From Candidatus Hodarchaeota archaeon (GTDB lineage: Archaea; Asgardarchaeota; Heimdallarchaeia; Hodarchaeales; Hodarchaeaceae): a stretch of 64,000 bases of DNA. Below the pieces are notes generated by a model that searched no databases, was not told where the DNA came from, and saw only the letters and a program-made list of their open reading frames with translations. Position numbers and translations under genes: made by a program. Location: positions 64,638 to 128,637 of the forward strand of contig JAHQWW010000002.1 of the NCBI GenBank assembly GCA_029856365.1, written 5' to 3'. Positions 19,070-26,747 of this stretch are shown one piece after another (positions within the stretch are counted from its first letter, which is position 1; the number at the start of each line of letters is the position of its first letter).

Positions 19070-19618
19070 TTGAATACTATCGAAAAGGAACAGAAAAAAG
19101 ATTCCAACATACTCGAAATTTTTAATGTTATAATAATGAGTTCTGGTTATATTGGTTTGTTTTTTTCGGGTTTTATTTCACAAAATCAATCTTATTATCT
19201 ACTTGTTGGGATTATGGGGTGGACTATTTGGATATTTGGTTTAATACTTGCTTTCTCTCCAAATATTGTTTTTAAAAGGCGAGGAGGGGTTGCGAAGGGA
19301 AAATCATACATTTATACAACAAAATTAGTGAATGATGGGATTTATGGGCTAATACGACATCCTCAATATACTGGTGGTATGGTGATCGTTTTTTCTATGT
19401 GTTTAATTGTTCAGACACCATTAACATACATTTTAGCGATAATTGCTATGGTAACTACATATTTAGCAATAGTTTTTGAAGAAAAGCGTTTAATGATAAA
19501 ATTTGGCTCTCAATATGAGAACTATAAAAATGAAGTTCCACGAGTAAACCTTCTAATAGGTTTAATACGAAAACTGAGAAAAAGAACCGAAAATGAAACA
19601 TGTCTTTCGAATGATTAA
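19070..19618 (+). CDS. ICMT/PEMT-family membrane methyltransferase (isoprenylcysteine carboxyl methyltransferase-like)
   Basis: Multi-TM protein with NDGIYGLIRHPQYTGGMV and C-terminal FEEKRLMIKFGSQYENYKNEVP. These match the RHPxY ... EE..L...FG..Y..Y signature of the family. Confidence 0.7.
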   Translation: MNTIEKEQKKDSNILEIFNVIIMSSGYIGLFFSGFISQNQSYYLLVGIMGWTIWIFGLILAFSPNIVFKRRGGVAKGKSYIYTTKLVNDGIYGLIRHPQYTGGMVIVFSMCLIVQTPLTYILAIIAMVTTYLAIVFEEKRLMIKFGSQYENYKNEVPRVNLLIGLIRKLRKRTENETCLSND

Positions 19619-19771
19619 AGAGAATAAAAAGGTGATAAGGCATTGAGGGAACACTTTACATCCAAAATCAGATCTTCCAAGATGACTCTTTCTAATTTTT
19701 CTCATCCTCCGTAGAATAATGATTGTTAAGATATATTCATACTATTTTTAATTAATCTGATTAGTTATTTA

Positions 19772-21604
19772 GTGTTAGATTGTACAAATATTAATTACAT
19801 AATTCTAGTTACCTTAATATGGGGGCACCTTTGGAAATATCTATTTAGTAAAAGAAAAAGGGATGTTAGTTTGTTGTTAAAAGAGATATGGCAAACGTCT
19901 TATTTACGCCCGATTTTGATTTATCTAATCATTTCTATTAGTACAATTACTATTGAGCTAATATTCGTGGGTGAAATCTTTTGGGGATTTTGGATATCTT
20001 GGTTAGGGTCATTTTTCGTTGCACGCTACGTATTAAAAGCCTTAGATGAACTATTCAATCAATTCCACATTACTAATAAAGTCAGGAATCTAATAAATCC
20101 ATGGATCTTTGCGATTGTTGCATTCATATATTTCAGTATGATTACTTTTACTGGATATTTTACTAGAACTGAAAGATCCGCTAATATTATCAGTTACGTT
20201 CTTCTTATGATTTTTATTTTTTTAATAATTGCTTCTATTACTCCAGCAATCCGAATATTTGCAGTAGCATTTCACCGACGGAAGACTGATATTTTTCCCA
20301 TTAATCGAGTCGAATATGCTGCTATGCGATGTTTAAAAACTGGTGATTACAGCTTTTTGAAGCTAAAGAAAAGACTGAGAAATGTTTTCAATATCTTTAT
20401 TCCAAACTTATATTTCGACGAAAAGACATCAAAATCTGCGATTTATCATTTATGTGGGCTTCGATATGCTGACATTAAGGATAATACTGTTTCCTTAAAT
20501 CAAGACGGAAAAGAACAGCTTTTAATTTGGGAAGAGACATTACAAAAGCAAGATGAAGGTTTTAAAAGGATATTAAATAGTCAAAGTGTATTAATTAGAT
20601 CTTTCATATTTTTATTAGCTCTGAGCCTTCTAAAGATCTTTATTGGCTTTTTTAATTCAGAATCATTATTAGCTGATGGTTGTGAGAATTTCCTCGATGT
20701 GCTAGCTGTTGTTTTAATTGCTTTAGGTATCAAATACGAGAAAGAAAAAATTGCTAATATCATTATTGCTGGACTAATGTCTTTTACAGCGATAACACTC
20801 TTTTATGATTCATTTTTATTGTTATTTCACCCAGAACCTATTTCTAATTCAATTATTATTATTAGTATTTCTATCATATCGATTTTTTTGAATACATATC
20901 TTAGAACTTTAAAGAATTTTGTAGGTAAAAAGAATCGTAACTCCTCTCTTGTTGCTAGTGCTATTGATAGTAAAATTAACATCTACATTTCTCTAGGTGT
21001 AATAATAGGAGCCTTCTGCTCTGAATTAGGAACATCCTTTAATATTCCTGAACTCTATTACTTAGACGTTATAATAGCAATTTTTGTTTCGTTCTTCATC
21101 GCAAAGGAGGTTTTCGAGATTATTACAGAGTTCATCACAGAAGCAGAAGAAGAGATAGATTTCGAGAGTTTTCAAATGAAATATGAACAGTCATTTGAGG
21201 AATACATTACTAAATGGATAATGTCAGTCATTTACAAGGGTGAAGACGGTGAATTTTCACCTGAGCGATTAAATCAGCACTTTCTAGGTTCTTTGATTAA
21301 AGGTGAGGAAATATATTCGGACTTTACTCACTTTGGGTTATACATTTTTCAGGAGAAAGGGATAGTCTTTGTAATCAATAAATTACTTGATCAGAAGATA
21401 TTAAATTTATCAAAAGAAAAAACATTGGCAATTACCGAGAAAGGTAAGTATCTGTATGAAGAATTTTATTCTAGACAACTTTTAGAGGACATAGTAGATC
21501 CTTTTGATTTTTTCTTTGAATATGAGTACGATATACGCAATTTATTCAGAAGAAAGAGAGAGCTTTTGAAGAAATTTGAAACACAGACCCCTGTGACGTC
21601 ATAG
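19772..21604 (+). CDS. Large multi-pass membrane protein with cation-diffusion-facilitator-like core and divergent metal-site residues
   Basis: LLKIFIGFFNSESLLADGCENFLDVLAVVLIALG resembles CDF TM1-TM2 (K...G...gS.aLlADa.Hs..D). LVASAIDSKINIYISLGVIIG resembles CDF TM5. An extra ~270-aa N-terminal membrane region and a soluble C-terminal tail are present. This is a low-certainty call. Confidence 0.4.
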   Translation: MLDCTNINYIILVTLIWGHLWKYLFSKRKRDVSLLLKEIWQTSYLRPILIYLIISISTITIELIFVGEIFWGFWISWLGSFFVARYVLKALDELFNQFHITNKVRNLINPWIFAIVAFIYFSMITFTGYFTRTERSANIISYVLLMIFIFLIIASITPAIRIFAVAFHRRKTDIFPINRVEYAAMRCLKTGDYSFLKLKKRLRNVFNIFIPNLYFDEKTSKSAIYHLCGLRYADIKDNTVSLNQDGKEQLLIWEETLQKQDEGFKRILNSQSVLIRSFIFLLALSLLKIFIGFFNSESLLADGCENFLDVLAVVLIALGIKYEKEKIANIIIAGLMSFTAITLFYDSFLLLFHPEPISNSIIIISISIISIFLNTYLRTLKNFVGKKNRNSSLVASAIDSKINIYISLGVIIGAFCSELGTSFNIPELYYLDVIIAIFVSFFIAKEVFEIITEFITEAEEEIDFESFQMKYEQSFEEYITKWIMSVIYKGEDGEFSPERLNQHFLGSLIKGEEIYSDFTHFGLYIFQEKGIVFVINKLLDQKILNLSKEKTLAITEKGKYLYEEFYSRQLLEDIVDPFDFFFEYEYDIRNLFRRKRELLKKFETQTPVTS

Positions 21605-21735
21605 TTCAATTATTAGAGCAAGAGAAGTATCAATTAGTCATATAAACGATTATCAGAGAATGAATTGAATCCTTTTTAATAATGGAAGAGTAATAATCAA
21701 CAATACATGTTCTGAAAATAAAGGTGATTACAACC

Positions 21736-22707
21736 ATGAAAGCTATAGTATGTGAAAAATTCGGGTCAGCTGATGTTCTTGAACTGAAAGAAATAGAAAA
21801 ACCTCTACCTAAAGACAATGAAGTCCTCATAAGAAACCATGCTTCTGCAATGCAAGCATTAGATATAACATTTAGAAGTGGTAGGAAGGTATTATCGGGA
21901 TTGGATAGAATATTTATGAGTGGAATCAGAAAACCACGAGTGAAAGTTGTTGGCCTGGATTATTCTGGTGAAGTTGTAACTGTAGGGAAGAATGTATCAC
22001 AATTCAAGGAAGGAGATCAAGTTTATGGACTTTCCAAGAAAGGAGGCGCGTGTGCTGAATATCTGAGTGTTCCATCCACTTCGGAGTTGGCCATAAAACC
22101 TACTAATATGAGCTTTCAAGAAGCAGCAGCAGTTGTCGGAGGTGCAATTCCTGCATTAGCAGCTCTTAAAGATTTAGCTAAAATTCAACCAGGTCATAAT
22201 GTCCTTATCAACGGAGCTTCGGGAGGAATAGGTACCTTTGCTGTACAAATCGCTAAAAATGTATATAATACTGAAGTTACTGGTGTATGCGGCACAAATA
22301 ATTTAAGTATGGTTAAGGACATTGGTGCAGATTTTGTAATAGATTATACAAAAGAAGATTTTACAAAAAACGGTCAAATTTATGATGTTATATTCGATGC
22401 TGTTGGGAAAAATACATTTTCAAATTGTAAAAATTCATTGACTAAGAATGGAATTTACGTAACTGTTGATTTCTATAATCCTAAAATGCATCTGTTACAG
22501 CTAATTACTAGTAAATTTACCAGTAAAAAAATAAAATCAGGGATGTTGGGGAATTTTGATGATCTTAATTTACTTCGAGATTTGATTGAAGAAGGCAAGA
22601 TCAGATCGGTCATTGATAAAGTGTATCCTTTACACCAAACTGCAGACGCTCATCGGCATTATGAGACAGGTCACGCCAAAGGTAGAATTGTCATCACTAT
22701 CGATTGA
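21736..22707 (+). CDS. MDR-superfamily NAD(P)H:quinone oxidoreductase / zinc-independent alcohol dehydrogenase-like
   Basis: MKAIVCEKFGSADVLELKEIEKPLPKDNEVLIRNHASAM..., cofactor loop NGASGGIGTFAVQIAK, C-terminal GHAKGRIVITI. Confidence 0.85.
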   Translation: MKAIVCEKFGSADVLELKEIEKPLPKDNEVLIRNHASAMQALDITFRSGRKVLSGLDRIFMSGIRKPRVKVVGLDYSGEVVTVGKNVSQFKEGDQVYGLSKKGGACAEYLSVPSTSELAIKPTNMSFQEAAAVVGGAIPALAALKDLAKIQPGHNVLINGASGGIGTFAVQIAKNVYNTEVTGVCGTNNLSMVKDIGADFVIDYTKEDFTKNGQIYDVIFDAVGKNTFSNCKNSLTKNGIYVTVDFYNPKMHLLQLITSKFTSKKIKSGMLGNFDDLNLLRDLIEEGKIRSVIDKVYPLHQTADAHRHYETGHAKGRIVITID

Positions 22708-22945
22708 ACGAATAAGGAGACAGTCTAAGTTTAAAACATTTACACTGCTACAGTTAATCAACCCAACAATAAATCCCAAAAAGAGAAGATCATGAACATT
22801 GGGAATCCAGCCCTTAAAAAGGTATTCTAGGGGCTTTTGACGTGTGGCTACAATGAATTTTAATGAGAAGGGTTTATTTGAAAAATAACGGAATTTTAAT
22901 AGAATTATTTATACAAAAGAATTGTGGTCATAAATGGATATGTAA

Positions 22946-23006
22946 TCAACGTTTAACCCATGAAAAGCTGTACATCTGCTTTATATACTCTTGATGTCAT
23001 TTAACC
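22946..23006 (+). repeat. 61-nt intergenic repeat family, copy 1 (CAACGTTTAAC ... CTTTATATA ... GATGTCATTTAACC)
   Basis: tcaacgtttaacccatgaaaagctgtacatctgctttatatactcttgatgtcatttaacc. An ungapped hand alignment to copy 4 (37818-37878) gives 46/61 identities. Confidence 0.6.
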
Positions 23007-23319
23007 TTTGGTTTACGACTAAAAAGCAACAAGACTTATGATAACAATGATGAGTATCAAATCTTGAATATATTTCTGATTCATTTTATATAGTCTTGAT
23101 GCTATTCAATTATTTTGTAAATTTCCTTATGGATAAGTCCTATCGAATCTTAAACAAGAATAGGAATGATTTTTCTCCATTATAACTATACAATTCATAA
23201 ATAATAATTTCTCTCTGTATCAGCAATAATCGTTCCTCCATTTTACTAAAATTTCCCCTACCTTTCTTCTAAACTAAGGATTTTCTTAACAGGAAGGATG
23301 TCTTCTTGTAAGGCTTAAA

Positions 23320-23613
23320 TTAAAAATACGGTAATATTCCCCATTCATGGAGTACTAAATTCGAATCAGAGGAATATGACGGAGGATTTTGAAGATTTAA
23401 ACCTTCTATAGAAGGATGACATATGAAAAAGAGCCTTAATTGTTCATATGAATATTTGGTTGTTAAAATAAAGTGTTGATCTATCCAAATAGGATCAATC
23501 ATTCTCAAAACATATTTTCCATCTTTTTGTAGAAGTTTACTATCATCATTAAACCACCATTCAACAAAATCTTCAGCCTCATTCTGATATAATCCAATTG
23601 ATAGTACATTCAT
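23320..23613 (-). CDS. Hypothetical protein
   Basis: 97-aa ORF with no recognisable family. It is isolated between long non-coding stretches. Confidence 0.3.
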   Translation of the reverse strand: MNVLSIGLYQNEAEDFVEWWFNDDSKLLQKDGKYVLRMIDPIWIDQHFILTTKYSYEQLRLFFICHPSIEGLNLQNPPSYSSDSNLVLHEWGILPYF

Positions 23614-23701
23614 TAAAATTCGATTTTTTTAACAAAATATAAAAAAGCTTACATTATATATCATTACTAACAAATGTTAATCATTTCGAGGTGACCTCAA
23701 C

Positions 23702-24091
23702 GTGCCAAATGTATTGATAAGAGATGTGGATACAGATACTTATACTAATTTTAAGGCGAAAGCAGCTCAAGAAGGACTCAAATTAGGCGAAGCGATTACA
23801 AAAGCAATGCAAGTGTGGATGGAAAGCAAAAAAACCTTGACAAAAAAAGATAAACAACGTCAAATGAATCTGCTCACTTATAGAAAACTAAAAACAACTT
23901 TACACAAGGAATACTTTGGGAAGTGGATTCTGATTGGTCAAGGTGAATTTCTAACCTCTGGTGATACTTTAGATCCAATAATTTCGAAGATAAAAGACTT
24001 GAAACTTGAAGGAGAGCACTGTTTTGTATTTCAAGTCGGTAAAGAAGTGCAAAAAAGAACCTTTGGATTTGGAAGGAGAGTACAGAGATGA
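23702..24091 (+). CDS. RHH (Arc/FitA-like) antitoxin-type N-domain fused to a small beta-rich 'GKWI.I..G' domain
   Basis: N-terminal NVLIRDVDTDTYTNFKAKAAQEGLKLGEAITKAMQVWM has the ribbon-helix-helix pattern. C-terminal YFGKWILIGQGEFLTSGDTLDPIISKIKDL...CFVFQVG. It overlaps the next gene by 4 nt (ATGA). Confidence 0.5.
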   Translation: MPNVLIRDVDTDTYTNFKAKAAQEGLKLGEAITKAMQVWMESKKTLTKKDKQRQMNLLTYRKLKTTLHKEYFGKWILIGQGEFLTSGDTLDPIISKIKDLKLEGEHCFVFQVGKEVQKRTFGFGRRVQR

Positions 24092-24516
24092 ATGTAGAAT
24101 ATAGTTATGAAAAAACAGGATATAGTAATATTTTAGCGCCTAAAATTCCAGAGTTAACAATCAAGAACCTTCTTGGGTCAAAACAGAAGAGTTTAAATGT
24201 ACTATTAGATACAGGATATGATGGTTTTCTTGTGATTCCAGAGGAAATTTATGAGGATCTAGAATTACATACATTTGAGGTTATGGAAGATGAAATTCCC
24301 ATAGTTGAAACTTTTTCAGGAGAAAAATTCATTTTAAGAACTGCTAATACTTTAATCGAAGTTGAAGAATTGTTAGATGAAACAATTATAGAAGTAGATA
24401 CAACACCTTACTGTAAAGAGCCATTAATTGGAAGACAGCTATTGGAACTCTTTATCGCGGTATTAGATGGACGAGAAAAAATACTCAAACTTGAATACCC
24501 AGAAAATGACGTCTAA
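24088..24516 (+). CDS. Retropepsin-like (clan AA) aspartic protease
   Basis: Catalytic LLDTGYDGFLVIP (D-T-G) and C-terminal PLIGRQLLELF. The size (142 aa) is typical of stand-alone prokaryotic retropepsin-like proteins. Confidence 0.6.
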   Translation: MNVEYSYEKTGYSNILAPKIPELTIKNLLGSKQKSLNVLLDTGYDGFLVIPEEIYEDLELHTFEVMEDEIPIVETFSGEKFILRTANTLIEVEELLDETIIEVDTTPYCKEPLIGRQLLELFIAVLDGREKILKLEYPENDV

Positions 24517-24685
24517 TTTTTGAAAAAAGGGTCAAATAACTCTAGAAATTCCTTTCCTTCCAATGTTAAATGACATCATACGTATTAGTTTCATAGGAAT
24601 AAAAAAAGAATAAGTTTTACAGTCCGATGTTTCGAATAAATGGAAAGTTCAATAATTAAAGCTTGAGGAAGTAGGTGATGAATGA

Positions 24686-25390
24686 GTGGAACTGATTGTT
24701 AGATGGGATAACCAGATCAGGAAGGAGTTTCGACATTTAAGAATTTCAATGATCCATCTGAGTGAGGTCACAATTTCAAAAACCCCCAAAAACATCAATC
24801 AGATTGAACAACAATATTTCACTCAAATAAAAGAGAAATTTAACCTAGTGAACATAAAGGATGATTTGCGAATTAGGGCTTATCGTGATTTCTATTGGGC
24901 AATAAATATAGATCCCACAAAAACAAGGCCTGCTTCAGAAGCGCTAGTGCGCCGTATATTAGCTAAAAAACCTCTATGGCGCATAAATACGTTTGTCGAT
25001 TCATATAATATCGCCTCAGCTGTAACTAGGATTACTCTAGGAGCTTATGACTTGAATACGATGCTAGAAGAATCCAAAAAAGTGTATTTAAACATAAGGA
25101 TGTCTGAAACTAATGAAGAATTTCATGGAATAGGTATGAAGGAATTAAAACTTTTAAAAGGAACGGAACTAGTTGTAGAATCAAATAATAAGATAATTTC
25201 TATTTATCCATATCGTGATGCCCATTTTTCACGAATTCAGAATCATACAAAGAATATACTCCTCTTAGCTTATGGCGTTCCTGAAATATCATCTGATAAC
25301 CTAAAGGAATCGCTGGAGTTAACAGTCAAAATATATCGAAATTTTGACAATAATTTTCGAACATCAGACATTCACACATTCTATCCATGA
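24686..25390 (+). CDS. Solo B3/B4 (PheRS-beta-like) tRNA-binding domain protein
   Basis: AYRDFYWAINIDPTKTRPASEALVRRILAKKPLWRINTFVDSYNIASAVTRITLGAYDL matches the B3_4 domain signature (R.s.EaL.RR.......IN..VD..N..S.....p.g..D). Confidence 0.65.
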   Translation: MELIVRWDNQIRKEFRHLRISMIHLSEVTISKTPKNINQIEQQYFTQIKEKFNLVNIKDDLRIRAYRDFYWAINIDPTKTRPASEALVRRILAKKPLWRINTFVDSYNIASAVTRITLGAYDLNTMLEESKKVYLNIRMSETNEEFHGIGMKELKLLKGTELVVESNNKIISIYPYRDAHFSRIQNHTKNILLLAYGVPEISSDNLKESLELTVKIYRNFDNNFRTSDIHTFYP

Positions 25391-25691
25391 ATTTAGAAGA
25401 TAGTGCTCCACCATAAAAGAATTTTTATCAAACTTTGTCATTCTACGAGTAGCAAACCTTGATGAAATAGCAGCACATTCCAGTATTAATGTCTTCCAAC
25501 ATGCTAAAGAATCCTTTTCTTTGGACTAAATCTGAAGGAATTATCCTCCTTTGCATATGATTGTGGACATCGATCACGATTTCCTCTCCTATTCATAATT
25601 AAATGATTGTATCACCAGTACTTTCGACCTATAACTTTTTGTTTTTCCTTAATCAGTGTAAAAATAAAAGCAATAAGAGCTGTTATGTAAA

Positions 25692-26186
25692 GTGGCCAAA
25701 AAGAAGGTTAAAATAGATAATTTTTATAACGCATACTGCCCCGTTGAAAACAACGCTCTCGCAGACTGGTTACTCAATCAATTGACTCCTAAGTTTCAGG
25801 GGGTTACTTGTGAATGGATTATACTTGAAATATTTCGTGCTTTAAAAAAACAAGTCAATCTTGAAAAGATTGAAGAAAAAGCTGCAAAAATAGCTCTGGA
25901 TTTCTTCCTTTCTGAACTTGGAGAAATGACTGAAGAAAAAGTACTAAAAATAATCCCTGTAACACGATCTGCTATCATGGCATCTCGGAAACAAATTTTT
26001 GAACACAATCTTTATGCAGCTGACGCGTTACATGCAGCTATCGCTCTAGCTTCCCAGGTTAAATCGTTTATTACTTTTAATAGTGATTTTCGTGGTAACT
26101 TAGAAAATATACCTATTTTGAATCCAATTGATCCTGACTTTAAAGATAAACTCATGAATCTCCTGGAAACTTTTTCCCAATCTTGA
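25692..26186 (+). CDS. PIN-domain (VapC-like) nuclease, no obvious cognate antitoxin
   Basis: Acidic positions are spaced as in PIN domains: KIDN (N-terminal), IILEIFRAL, LYAADALHAAIALA, FITFNSDF. The GTG start is uncertain. Confidence 0.5.
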   Translation: MAKKKVKIDNFYNAYCPVENNALADWLLNQLTPKFQGVTCEWIILEIFRALKKQVNLEKIEEKAAKIALDFFLSELGEMTEEKVLKIIPVTRSAIMASRKQIFEHNLYAADALHAAIALASQVKSFITFNSDFRGNLENIPILNPIDPDFKDKLMNLLETFSQS

Positions 26187-26747
26187 ACTTAAATTTAAAC
26201 ACAAAAATAATCACTTATAACAAATTATATAAACATTATGGTCGTTTCGGGGATTTCCTTCCCTCTTACAAAGTAGATACGCTTTGTTTATCCATGATTG
26301 AGGAGATAATGAAAAGTTATAATGCTTTGAAAGATGGGTGATTTGAATTTTCCTTTTCCTTGTTCCAATATTTATATCTTGATTAAATACTGGTTTTAAT
26401 GGAATAACTCCTAATTTTAAAAGGATTTTTGATGCTATTTCTCTAACGCTCATGATCAAGGAGGATAAAAATCGTAATCTGAACTATGAGGAAAATATCT
26501 TGATTTTCAGGAGTAAATAAGCCTCTAAGGAATCCCATCAAATATTGAATGTGGCTAAGAGTAAGTTATAAGTATTAATACTCTGGTGTAAAGGAGATCA
26601 TTCTCCTGATACTCCACCACCCGTACCCTCTTATAAAAAGACCTCAAGAAGAAAACCAACCTCTCATTAGAAAGGTTTTTATTGGTAAAGTCTATTATTT
26701 GAATGTCTCGGTATATTGGAAAGAAAGGCATTTAATCGTGAGGAAAG

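Noticed and set aside
13804-19618. Hypothesis of a eukaryote-like CaaX prenylation-methylation pathway linking the GTPase, the prenyltransferase-like toroid protein and the ICMT-like enzyme
   Set aside because: The GTPase ends in ...NNKTY without any Cys. The toroid protein is fused to AbrB-like domains rather than paired with an alpha subunit. ICMT-family enzymes are common in prokaryotes. The proximity is noted but a functional link is not supported.
23047-23078. ATGATGA ... CTGA pair resembling C and D boxes of a C/D-box sRNA, and GATG-containing tails of the repeat family
   Set aside because: Only 22 nt separate the boxes. No internal D'/C' boxes or terminal stem are present, so the geometry does not fit archaeal C/D sRNAs.
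26211-26459. Isolated short ORFs 26211-26459, 35031-35237, 39796-39993 and 42465-42647
   Set aside because: No motifs, poor start contexts and low-complexity translations. 39796-39993 is an out-of-frame reading of the decayed lipoprotein 5' region. These are left unannotated.
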